Positions 16,870 through 25,857 of a DNA stretch of 64,000 nucleotides are shown piece by piece. The DNA lies in the IMG/VR virus record IMGVR_UViG_3300032562_000003, positions 194,860 to 258,859 of that record. One strand, written 5' to 3'. Each line of letters starts with the position of its first letter. The stretch's first letter is position 1. The position numbers and the translations under genes were made by a program. The notes under the pieces are model-generated. The model worked only from the letters and a program-made list of their open reading frames with translations. It was not told the DNA's origin and did no database searches.

Positions 16870-17759
16870 AAGAATACTTAAACCTATTACAGGACATTTT
16901 AGATAATGGTGAATTACGAAATGACCGCACTGGTGTAGGCACGATCAGTGTTTTCGGGCGCCAACTTCGCTTTGACTTGTCAAAAGGATTTCCGGCAGTA
17001 ACGACAAAGAAACTTGCGTGGAACGCATGTAAGTCTGAATTACTTTGGTTTTTAGAAGGAAGTAATGATGAACGAAGGTTATGTGAGATTCTACACGATA
17101 CCAGAGAGTCAGGGTATAACACGATCTGGACAGGAAATGCTCAAGCAACTTACTGGGCAGATAAAAAGAGACACGTCGGAGACCTTGGACGAGTATACGG
17201 AGTCCAGTGGCGGCACTGGAGAACACCGCCGGATTACATCTACGAACACGGAGACTTGCATGTCTCAAGTGGTCCAATTGCAGAAGTTGACCAAATAAAG
17301 AATCTAATCGAAGGCATCAAGAAAGACCCCAATGGTCGTCGCCACATCCTATCGGCGTGGAACGTAGGTGAATTAGATCAAATGGCACTTCCTCCGTGTC
17401 ACGTTATGAGCCAGTACTATGTCAGTACGGGCAGAAAGCTAAGCTGTCATATGTACCAAAGGAGTGTGGATGTCTTTTTAGGCCTTCCCTTTAACATCGC
17501 AAGTTACGCTCTACTAACTAGCATGATTGCGCATGTATGTGATCTGGAAGTAGGAGAGTTGATAATCTCTACTGGTGATACTCATATCTATCAAAATCAT
17601 GTGGAACAAGTTAAGGAGCAGTTGTTAAGAGAACCGTATGCTTCTCCCATTCTTTATCTGAATCCAGATGTAAAAGATATTGACAAATTTACAATGGATG
17701 ATATAGTGTTAGATGACTACATCAGCCACAGTACCATAAAGGCCGTTATGGCTGTATGA
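16866..17759 (+). CDS. thyA: Thymidylate synthase
   Basis: DRTGVGT, GRVYGVQWR, MALPPCH and YQRSVDVFLGLPFNIASY. Confidence 0.97.
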   Translation: MKEYLNLLQDILDNGELRNDRTGVGTISVFGRQLRFDLSKGFPAVTTKKLAWNACKSELLWFLEGSNDERRLCEILHDTRESGYNTIWTGNAQATYWADKKRHVGDLGRVYGVQWRHWRTPPDYIYEHGDLHVSSGPIAEVDQIKNLIEGIKKDPNGRRHILSAWNVGELDQMALPPCHVMSQYYVSTGRKLSCHMYQRSVDVFLGLPFNIASYALLTSMIAHVCDLEVGELIISTGDTHIYQNHVEQVKEQLLREPYASPILYLNPDVKDIDKFTMDDIVLDDYISHSTIKAVMAV

Positions 17760-17986
17760 AAACGAATTATAAGTATCTCATATATGAGTATTATTCTACT
17801 GCCTATGAACTTCCGGCGTCGTTGCAGTGGTGTTTGCCGCAAGATAAATCAGATTTCTTAGACCGTAATAGAATTGCGATAAATCATGAGCAATTACGGG
17901 ACGCGCAGCGAGACCTAACAATACATAGAATATATGGAATTTTTACCCCTGAACTTTTAACTTTTTGGAAGCTTAAATTCGAATGA
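17756..17986 (+). CDS. Small hypothetical protein
   Basis: ATGA-coupled to thyA. C-terminus ELLTFWKLKFE. Confidence 0.55.
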   Translation: MKTNYKYLIYEYYSTAYELPASLQWCLPQDKSDFLDRNRIAINHEQLRDAQRDLTIHRIYGIFTPELLTFWKLKFE

Positions 17987-18309
17987 TTAACTTGACATTT
18001 AGCATCACTAATCCATTTTGGAATTCAGACTACTTTGCTTCTGTCTACGAGAAGCACGGCAAAATCTCCGAACATAAATGTTGGGAGATTCAAGGTATGA
18101 GAGACGATAGTATCCTAGCGGTTGATTTTAGAATCACATCTAGAGAAGATCATGCTGGTATTACTTTAGAATTGGGACTTGTGGGCCACCGTATTGCCTT
18201 CCAAATCTACGATAATCGGCATTGGAATTACGATGAACAACGTTGGTACAATTACGGGGAAGAATTAGATGCCTGCGGAGTCGAAGATAATGAAGACGAG
18301 AAAACTTAA
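17983..18309 (+). CDS. Hypothetical protein
   Basis: 108-aa ORF coupled to the previous gene. Confidence 0.55.
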   Translation: MINLTFSITNPFWNSDYFASVYEKHGKISEHKCWEIQGMRDDSILAVDFRITSREDHAGITLELGLVGHRIAFQIYDNRHWNYDEQRWYNYGEELDACGVEDNEDEKT

Positions 18310-18466
18310 AGACGGCAGTGAAGTGCCAGAATTGGACAAGCCAGTCACTTTGCACGTAAAGACAAAGTGTCCAGAGAAGTGGTTGCTAATAGACATGGAA
18401 ACTGATGAAGTTTACGTCGGTAGCGCAATTGGCCCGCTTCATTGGGATAAGGTTGAGGAAGAATAG
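18290..18466 (+). CDS. Small hypothetical protein
   Basis: MKTRKLKDGSEVPEL...; stop abuts the epimerase start. Confidence 0.55.
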   Translation: MKTRKLKDGSEVPELDKPVTLHVKTKCPEKWLLIDMETDEVYVGSAIGPLHWDKVEEE

Positions 18467-19441
18467 TTGAAAGTCTTAGTAACTGGCGGATATGGTTTTA
18501 TAGGCCATAACGTTGTTCAACAGTTAGAACATCTGGGTCATTCAGTTGTCATAGTTGATAACTGTACAAATTATGATAGCATTCCATGGAAAGAACTGTT
18601 CTCACTTCAGAAAGAACGCAGTCAGTTTATAAAAACTAATGCAAACTATCGTTTAGATATAGAATCTAAAGTACTTAATAAGGTTTTTCAAACACATTGT
18701 CCCACCATAGTAATTCACTTAGCCAGCTTTCCTAGACAAAAGACGGTAAGCGCTGATCCTATTATGGGTGCAAGAACGATGATAGAAGGATTAGTGAATC
18801 TGTGCGAACTTAGTCGAGAGCATAAAGTAACCCGATTCGTAAACGTCAGCAGCAGTATGGTATATGGAGATTTTGTTGAAAATGTACCAGAAACAGCGCT
18901 ATGTAACCCGCAAGGTCAATACGGTATTCTAAAACACGCAGGGGAAAAAATAGTACAAGATTGCACTGCACACGGGTACTTTGATCACACGATTGTTCGC
19001 CCTAGTGCAGTATATGGCCCTCGTGACGTTGAAGATAGAGTGGTTGCTAAGTTCATGTTAGCTGCCATCAGGGGTGAGACTTTAAATGTTAACGGCTCAA
19101 AAGAACATTTGGATTTTACTTATGTAGAAGATGCTGCCGCCGGCATAGTGGGAGCAGCATTAAGTGAAAACACTGCTAATAAAACTTACAATATAACACG
19201 AAGCCAAAGCCGTAGTCTACTGGAAGCTGCTGAGTTAGCTATAAAAATTGCAGGTAAAGGCAATATTGTCATCAATCCCAAAAATCAAAATTATCCTAGT
19301 AGAGGGTCTCTCAACACCTTTGCGGCGCAAAGAGATTTTGGTTTTAATCCAAAAATAGATATCGAAGAAGGATTCCAACGATACTATGAGTATCTTACAA
19401 GTTCCCTTTACTGGTCTAGCAAGACAGTACAACAATCTTAA
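18467..19441 (+). CDS. NAD-dependent epimerase/dehydratase (extended SDR)
   Basis: VTGGYGFIG, SSSMVYG, YGILK (YxxxK), RPSAVYGP and DFTYVED. TTG start. Confidence 0.92.
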   Translation: MKVLVTGGYGFIGHNVVQQLEHLGHSVVIVDNCTNYDSIPWKELFSLQKERSQFIKTNANYRLDIESKVLNKVFQTHCPTIVIHLASFPRQKTVSADPIMGARTMIEGLVNLCELSREHKVTRFVNVSSSMVYGDFVENVPETALCNPQGQYGILKHAGEKIVQDCTAHGYFDHTIVRPSAVYGPRDVEDRVVAKFMLAAIRGETLNVNGSKEHLDFTYVEDAAAGIVGAALSENTANKTYNITRSQSRSLLEAAELAIKIAGKGNIVINPKNQNYPSRGSLNTFAAQRDFGFNPKIDIEEGFQRYYEYLTSSLYWSSKTVQQS

Positions 19442-20462
19442 GGATGAGTTAGCATCAGCAACTCACGATGCCCTTAAGGAAGGAATCCTTGTTTCCGGGC
19501 CGCAAACTGAAATGTTTGAAGCTTGGTTGCGGGACCGATGCTGTGCCGAATTCGCGTTGGTAACTCATTCCGGAACACAAGCACTAGAGATTATTGCCCG
19601 AGCCGAATTGAATGTAGAAAAAGAATATCACTATCCAGTATCAGATACTATTCGCATTCCTAATCTGACATATCCTGCAACTCTCAACGCTTTTTTGACT
19701 GCAGGATGGAATGTGGAATTAGTCGATGTTGATAAAAACGGATTGATAACAGAATTCCCGCACAACATACATACTTGTTACGTAGGATTATACGGCGCCG
19801 CCGGCAGTAGAAGCTTAGCTAAATTTGAGCAAGTTGCAGATACTCATATAATAGTAGATGGCGCCCAGCATTGGTTAGCAGATCCTAGTAACATAGGTAT
19901 CGCTATGGCAATTAGTTTTGATCCTACTAAAAATCTAAATGCCTCTGGTAATGGTGGTGCCATCGTCACTAATGACATAGAAATTTATAAGTTTGCTAAA
20001 GATTATGTGTCTAATGGCGGAAAGAGACATGAATGCGCAGGTACTAATAGTAAGATGAGCGAAATAGATTGCTCGCACCTATTAGTCAGATCCAAATATA
20101 TAGACGGATGGCAAATCCGTCGAAAGAAAATTAGACAATATTACTTGAATGCATTTAAGGATTTGCCCCTGCGCTGTCTAAGTAGAGACTTCATGTTTCA
20201 TATGGATCAAAAATTTGTTATTGAAACCGACCGTCGGAATGAATTAGCAGCTTACCTTAATACAAATGGTATAGAAACGAAAGTTCATTATCCTTATGCT
20301 CTAAGTGAACTTCCTATTGCAAAGAACTTAGTCAAGCCAGATTTCATTAGTACCGGCGTGATGCTTACTAGAGGTGTATTAAGTTTACCTATATATCCCG
20401 AGCTTACGGACAATGAAATTGAATATATTGCTAATACGGTAATTACTTTTTACAGTATGTAA
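19386..20462 (+). CDS. DegT/DnrJ/EryC1/StrS PLP-dependent sugar aminotransferase
   Basis: SGTQAL, VDGAQ, SFDPTKNLNASGNGGAIVT, GTNSKM and LSLPIYPEL. Confidence 0.9.
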   Translation: MSILQVPFTGLARQYNNLKDELASATHDALKEGILVSGPQTEMFEAWLRDRCCAEFALVTHSGTQALEIIARAELNVEKEYHYPVSDTIRIPNLTYPATLNAFLTAGWNVELVDVDKNGLITEFPHNIHTCYVGLYGAAGSRSLAKFEQVADTHIIVDGAQHWLADPSNIGIAMAISFDPTKNLNASGNGGAIVTNDIEIYKFAKDYVSNGGKRHECAGTNSKMSEIDCSHLLVRSKYIDGWQIRRKKIRQYYLNAFKDLPLRCLSRDFMFHMDQKFVIETDRRNELAAYLNTNGIETKVHYPYALSELPIAKNLVKPDFISTGVMLTRGVLSLPIYPELTDNEIEYIANTVITFYSM

Positions 20463-20492
20463 TTTATTCAACAAAGTATAAATAAAGTTGTT

Positions 20493-20960
20493 ATGCTTTG
20501 GTTGCTTTCTTTTTTTCCGGGTCTTTTGATTCACCTGCTCTTGTTAGCAGGAGGCCTTGCCCTTTTGGTTTCCTATTTTCTCGGACCTATACCTTTTGTA
20601 AAGCAATATACTATTCCAATTCGTGTTTTAGGATACGTTCTAGTGTGTTTTGGTTTGTACTACGAAGGTGGACTGTCATACAAAAAAGACTTAGATTTAC
20701 GTACAGCAAAAGTAGAAACTAAGATTGCAGTGGCTGCTGAAAAAAGCGCCAGCACAAACACTCAAATTCAAAATAAAGTGGACGCCGCCGAAAAGATCAT
20801 TCACGAAAAGGGTGATGATATCATTAAATATATCGACAGAGAAGTTGTGAAGTATGATAATGCATGTGTAATTCCGCAAGAGGTAATTAAAGCACACAAT
20901 ATAGCAGCAACTATCAATGCTGAGGCGACCGAAGCACCATCTTCTGGAGCACCGCAATGA
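20493..20960 (+). CDS. Putative inner-membrane spanin (Rz-like)
   Basis: N-terminal hydrophobic helices then a coiled coil, overlapping a downstream lipoprotein gene. Confidence 0.65.
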   Translation: MLWLLSFFPGLLIHLLLLAGGLALLVSYFLGPIPFVKQYTIPIRVLGYVLVCFGLYYEGGLSYKKDLDLRTAKVETKIAVAAEKSASTNTQIQNKVDAAEKIIHEKGDDIIKYIDREVVKYDNACVIPQEVIKAHNIAATINAEATEAPSSGAPQ

Positions 20961-21223
20961 AACCACTAATAATAACATTGCTCGCAGTAATGTTAACTGG
21001 ATGTGCAACCGTAGTTGCTGCACCTAAATTTCCAGATAGGCCACCTGCGCTTTCTAAAGATTGCGAAGAACTATCATTGTTAGCGGAAAACGCTAAACTT
21101 AGTGATCTTTTAAAAGTGGTAACTGAAAATTATGTCAAGTATCATATCTGTAAAAACCAAAACAAGGCTTGGAATAGCTGGTATGACGAACAAAAAAAGA
21201 TATATCAATCTGCTATCAAGTAA
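20957..21223 (+). CDS. Putative outer-membrane spanin lipoprotein (Rz1-like)
   Basis: Lipobox MLTG-C, proline-rich segment PKFPDRPP and a second Cys. Confidence 0.7.
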   Translation: MKPLIITLLAVMLTGCATVVAAPKFPDRPPALSKDCEELSLLAENAKLSDLLKVVTENYVKYHICKNQNKAWNSWYDEQKKIYQSAIK

Positions 21224-21275
21224 GTAGAATTGTAACTTCCGTTAGATAAATACTTAATAACAACGGAAGGTCTCT

Positions 21276-21833
21276 ATGAGTACGACACCTCAATACAGTC
21301 AAGAAATTATTAATATTGGCGCAGCACCTAATGACCAACAAGGTGATCCGTTACGTGTTGCATTCAGTAAGATCAACAATAATTTCTCAACTCTGTTTCA
21401 GACCTTTGTAAATTCAACTATATCATATACATCCGGTAATGTTCCAGGACAAGTAATATTTGAGACACCGGTCTCTACGTTTACTGAGGGACAATTCTAC
21501 ATCAAGTCATACAATGACGGAACACCAGACAGCCAGACAATTCAGCTATATGCACAAGTTAACGATGGCGGTAATGCAGTAAAATTTACTGGATATGGAT
21601 CGACCTTTTTTGGAAACAGCGTATCACTCTATGACATGATTGTTGATTCGGGTAGCGGAAATGTACAAATACTGTCCAATCCTCTACTGTCAGCGGACTT
21701 AACACACTTCATTTCTTCTCAAATTATGTGGGTTGGTCCAAATGTTCCGGGTGCATATATCTCCACAGAAAACTCCTTAAATTCGTCTCTGGCTACTGAA
21801 ACAGTAGTAGACATCACCACAGAGCAACCGTAA
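21276..21833 (+). CDS. Virion structural protein with T4 gp9/gp10-like N-terminal motif
   Basis: IINIGAAPNDQQGDPLRVAFSKINNNF. TAAATA at 21247. Confidence 0.6.
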   Translation: MSTTPQYSQEIINIGAAPNDQQGDPLRVAFSKINNNFSTLFQTFVNSTISYTSGNVPGQVIFETPVSTFTEGQFYIKSYNDGTPDSQTIQLYAQVNDGGNAVKFTGYGSTFFGNSVSLYDMIVDSGSGNVQILSNPLLSADLTHFISSQIMWVGPNVPGAYISTENSLNSSLATETVVDITTEQP

Positions 21834-22258
21834 TGAGAGCTTGGGAGTTTATAGTAGAAAGCGCACAGCCGTTACTTCCGGAACAACCAGGCTCTCCTAC
21901 ACCACCGGAAACTAAACTTTTACCAGACCAATTTGATGCTTTACCTGCAACGTATACTATACCAGGATTACCTAATCAGGATCCCTATCTACAGTATAGA
22001 TTTGGTGTAGCTATTGCTGGAGCCAAAGGTGCTTCTGCCCGCAGGGATGACGGAGTAAGCAGCATGACTCGTGAAAGTCCTTTCGGCGAGGGTGAGATAG
22101 TAGTTAGTTATGGTCATGATGCTGGACCATACATTGATGACGCACTAAAACAAATGGGACTGCGAGGCAAAAAGATGATTAGCAGCCCTACTAGTATTGA
22201 AACTAAGGATGTTGATAAAAGCAGTCCATTGAAGGCATTTAAAGGATACAAGAGATGA
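21833..22258 (+). CDS. Hypothetical putative head protein (paralog A)
   Basis: MRAWEFIVE-S; DPYLQYRFGVAIAGA; ends SPLKAFKGYKR. Confidence 0.65.
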   Translation: MRAWEFIVESAQPLLPEQPGSPTPPETKLLPDQFDALPATYTIPGLPNQDPYLQYRFGVAIAGAKGASARRDDGVSSMTRESPFGEGEIVVSYGHDAGPYIDDALKQMGLRGKKMISSPTSIETKDVDKSSPLKAFKGYKR

Positions 22259-22638
22259 GAGCGCACGAATTTATTACTGAATCTGACACACCTGCAAACC
22301 CTAAGGCATTTGCTGATGGTCAAATGGATGCTATCAAGGGCGCGATCAGCATGCCGGATATAAGCATCAATAAGTCAAACGGTAATCCTTATCTGGCTTG
22401 GCGTTTTGGTATTGCGATGGCCGGAGCTCCGGATTATCCAACTCCGCCGGTTGGTCCGATGGCAGGCGACCCTCTACTTTCTACCTACACTGATGTTGAA
22501 CTAGAAATAATCAATGTTGCTGCTAAAACAGTTGGTGCGGGCAGAGTAAAGAAACTGAGTGATAATCGTAGTACAGAGCTATCTAACACTCAAAAGAATA
22601 GCCCAATTAAAGCATTTAAGGGCTATAAGAAAAAATAA
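22255..22638 (+). CDS. Hypothetical putative head protein (paralog B)
   Basis: MRAHEFITE-S; NPYLAWRFGIAMAGA; ends SPIKAFKGYKKK. Confidence 0.65.
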   Translation: MRAHEFITESDTPANPKAFADGQMDAIKGAISMPDISINKSNGNPYLAWRFGIAMAGAPDYPTPPVGPMAGDPLLSTYTDVELEIINVAAKTVGAGRVKKLSDNRSTELSNTQKNSPIKAFKGYKKK

Positions 22639-22667
22639 CTGAGTTGTTTTCATGAATAAGTAATTTC

Positions 22668-23372
22668 ATGACAACATCAGCAGACATCAATCAAACTCTA
22701 GACCTAGTTAAGCTACGTTTTTATAACGATTGGCTATACCATGCTCATATCTATGATGAAGGTGAAAGCCAATTTCACGCTCAACTTACTAAACAAGTTG
22801 TGGAAACGTACATCGATCCGCTTAACCTGCCTAAGGATGCACACATCTTAGATTTGGGATGCGGCACCGGATATTTTCTAGATGAAATGAAGGAACGCAA
22901 CTATACTAATCTGGTCGGAGTGACACTAAGTCCTGGAGATATCCAAGTTTGTGAAAATAAGGGTCATACGATCAAGAAGTATGATTTATCATTTCTGCCT
23001 CAAACTGACGGTTACTATGATGAATCAGTAGACTTTATTTTCTTGCGCCATGCATTGGAACATTCACCCTATCCTATTTTCTCTCTTATGGAGTACAATA
23101 GAGTTTTGAAGCAAGGATCAAAGATTTATATCGAAGTTCCTGCACCTGACTGCGAGCGTCAGCATGAGTTTAATCTCAATCACTATAGCATTTTAGGTTC
23201 TAACCAATTGGGTGCCCTTCTGATTAGATGTGGATTCAACATTGATCAGTTTAATAATCTAGAGTTTGACTTGAATGTACCAGATGCGGAAGATCCTACT
23301 AAAACTAAAACTGTTAAAGAAAAGTACTTCTGCATAGTAGCTACTAAAGCTAGACCTCTGGATATCAAGTAA
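22668..23372 (+). CDS. Class I SAM-dependent methyltransferase
   Basis: ILDLGCGTG, DFIFLRHALEH and RVLKQG. Confidence 0.88.
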   Translation: MTTSADINQTLDLVKLRFYNDWLYHAHIYDEGESQFHAQLTKQVVETYIDPLNLPKDAHILDLGCGTGYFLDEMKERNYTNLVGVTLSPGDIQVCENKGHTIKKYDLSFLPQTDGYYDESVDFIFLRHALEHSPYPIFSLMEYNRVLKQGSKIYIEVPAPDCERQHEFNLNHYSILGSNQLGALLIRCGFNIDQFNNLEFDLNVPDAEDPTKTKTVKEKYFCIVATKARPLDIK

Positions 23373-23428
23373 TGTAGGAAATGAATTTTCTACAAGCCAT
23401 GATAAATACATTAAAGGGTTAGATATCA

Positions 23429-23716
23429 ATGGCATCATATATTCAAACACCGTCGGGTTCAACCGCAAGAGTTGGTCCCATATTAACAGACAAAGTGAGA
23501 ATTGCTACTACTTCATCGGCAATTGCGGTGAACGTAGGTAATTCTAGTGTCACCGCAAATGTTACTGCATGTGAAGTAATTCCTGCAAATACAGTAGAGC
23601 GCAGCTTCCTGGTAGGACAAGGCAATTATATTGCCTATATTAATGTTAATGGCACCGCTGCACCGTTCTCGATAACGGAATTGGGAGCCCCTCATGTAAA
23701 CACAGGATCTGAATAA
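23429..23716 (+). CDS. Small beta-rich hypothetical (probably structural) protein
   Basis: 95-aa ORF after TAAATA at 23403. Confidence 0.6.
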   Translation: MASYIQTPSGSTARVGPILTDKVRIATTSSAIAVNVGNSSVTANVTACEVIPANTVERSFLVGQGNYIAYINVNGTAAPFSITELGAPHVNTGSE

Positions 23717-23990
23717 TGGACGCACCGGCCAAATTACAACCGCAAACACTACTATAAACAAGGGCACGACAGCAGCTTTTACTGTTAATAATTCATATAT
23801 TACTAGTGCAAAAGATATGGTCATTGTAAACATCGCTAGCGGTGCATCTGTAAATTATTCAGTCAGTGTCAATTCTGTAAATGCCGCAGGTAGTTTTGTA
23901 ATAGTAATTGATAACTGTGATGGTACAGGCTCGGGCTCTAATGCCGCAGATACATTGGTAATCAATTTTGCTGTTATAAAGGTAAGTTAA
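23700..23990 (+). pseudogene. Start-less ORF encoding a tail-fibre C-terminal-like beta domain
   Basis: Open frame NNGRTGQITTANTTINKGTTAAFTVNNS...ADTLVINFAVIKVS. Stop lies 1 nt before the next ATG. No in-frame ATG until about 23817. Confidence 0.55.
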
Positions 23991-23991
23991 C

Positions 23992-24270
23992 ATGTTTGAT
24001 GCATTTAAACAAGCAAAACTACAAAATGCATATCAGACTATGCGCAACTATCAATTGCCGCCGGAAAAAGAAACGACGATTGAAGAACTAAAACGTCTCA
24101 GTGGAAACGGCAGGGTAAATGGTGAAGTAGAACCAGTAGACCCTGCCCTAAACACCAAAAAGCATCAATATATCCGGGACAACAATATTAGGCCCGGAGC
24201 TCCGGAATGGTTTAAAGTAATGTTTGCTAAACCACATCTTACTGGTGAGGATCCCTTCTCAAAAAAGTAG
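23992..24270 (+). CDS. Hypothetical protein
   Basis: 92-aa ORF immediately upstream of terL; NNIRPGAPEWFK. Confidence 0.6.
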   Translation: MFDAFKQAKLQNAYQTMRNYQLPPEKETTIEELKRLSGNGRVNGEVEPVDPALNTKKHQYIRDNNIRPGAPEWFKVMFAKPHLTGEDPFSKK

Positions 24271-24291
24271 TATATTATACTAAATAATATC

Positions 24292-25839
24292 ATGAGCAAT
24301 CAACCAACACTAATAAAAGATCCATATAAGAAGACGGTCTTCAAGAATAAAAAAGAACTTGAGGACTTCATGAAGTGTTGTGATCCTGAAACCGGATATC
24401 TATACTTTATGGATAACTTTTTCTACATTCAACATCCTACTAAAGGTAGTATGTTATATCACCCGTGGCCTTATCAAGAAAGATTGATAGAAACATACCA
24501 CAAGTATAGATTCTCTATATCGCTAATGCCTAGACAGTCAGGTAAGTCAACATCCGCTGCTGGTTACCTACTTTGGTATGCAATGTTCGTTCCTGACTCT
24601 ACGATTCTTATTGCAGCACACAAATATACTGGTGCACAAGAAATCATGCAGAGAATAAGGTATGCGTATGAAAACTGTCCAGATCACATAAAGGCAGGAG
24701 TCACTACATACAATAAGGGCTCTTTAGATTTTGAAAACGGTTCTCGTATTGTATCCGCCACTACTACTGAAAACACCGGTCGTGGTATGTCTATCACGCT
24801 GCTATATCTTGACGAATTTGCGTTCGTTAGACCTAGCATTGCTAAAGAATTTTGGACATCCATTACTCCTACGCTAGCAACTGGTGGTAAGGCAATCATC
24901 ACGTCAACGCCAAACTCAGACGAAGACCAATTCGCGTTGATTTGGAAGGGTGCAAATAAAACGGAAGATGAGTTCGGTAATACGACTGAGTTAGGTGTAA
25001 ACGGATTCAGAGCATATCGAGCTTATTGGAAAGAGCAGCCAGGAAGAGATGAGAAATGGGCAAACGAGATCCGCGCCCAGTTAGGTGATGATCGTTTTGG
25101 TCGAGAAATAGATTGTAACTTCATCATTGCGGATGAAACCTTAATAAATCCAAATACACTGTTGATGTTAGATGGCATAGAACCTATAACTAGAATGGGA
25201 CAAGTTCGCTGGTATAAGACACCAGAAAAGGGAAAGTTGTATGTAGTTGCATTGGACCCCTCATTGGGTACTGGTGGAGATCCGGCTGCTATGCAAATAT
25301 TTGAAGCCAGTACGACTACTCAAATAGGTGAGTGGAAGCATAACAAAACTGATATTCCCAGTCAGATTAAGCTAATGGCACAGATCACCAAATACATAGC
25401 TGAATGCACTGGTGAGCCCAACAACATTTATTATTCTGTGGAAAATAACTCTATTGGTGAAGCGTCATTGATCTCACTGGCAGAATACGGAGAAGCCAAC
25501 ATTCAGGGTACGTTTATCAGTGAACCAGGTAAGAAACGTAAAGGATTCAACACTAGCCAAAAGCCCAAATTAGCAGCGTGTGCAAAATTCAAGACACTGT
25601 TAGAATCAAAAAAGATGACAATATATAGCCGATCGCTGATCAGCGAACTTAAGGCTTTTGTCGCAAACGGGGGCAGTTATGCTGCTAAGATCGGCGATAC
25701 CGATGATTTAGTTATGTCATCCCTGTTAGCAGTTAGAATGATGCAACAACTAGCGGATTTTCATGGTGATCTGGAATCTCAAATTCGTGACCATGACGAG
25801 TTTGTTGCTCCGCTTCCATTCTTTGCAATCTTTGGCTAA
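24292..25839 (+). CDS. terL: Terminase large subunit (T4 gp17-like)
   Basis: MPRQSGKS Walker A, LYLDEFAF Walker B, ITSTPN, nuclease ALDPSLGTGGD and DDLVMS. Confidence 0.95.
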   Translation: MSNQPTLIKDPYKKTVFKNKKELEDFMKCCDPETGYLYFMDNFFYIQHPTKGSMLYHPWPYQERLIETYHKYRFSISLMPRQSGKSTSAAGYLLWYAMFVPDSTILIAAHKYTGAQEIMQRIRYAYENCPDHIKAGVTTYNKGSLDFENGSRIVSATTTENTGRGMSITLLYLDEFAFVRPSIAKEFWTSITPTLATGGKAIITSTPNSDEDQFALIWKGANKTEDEFGNTTELGVNGFRAYRAYWKEQPGRDEKWANEIRAQLGDDRFGREIDCNFIIADETLINPNTLLMLDGIEPITRMGQVRWYKTPEKGKLYVVALDPSLGTGGDPAAMQIFEASTTTQIGEWKHNKTDIPSQIKLMAQITKYIAECTGEPNNIYYSVENNSIGEASLISLAEYGEANIQGTFISEPGKKRKGFNTSQKPKLAACAKFKTLLESKKMTIYSRSLISELKAFVANGGSYAAKIGDTDDLVMSSLLAVRMMQQLADFHGDLESQIRDHDEFVAPLPFFAIFG

Positions 25840-25857
25840 GTTGGCATAAATATCATT

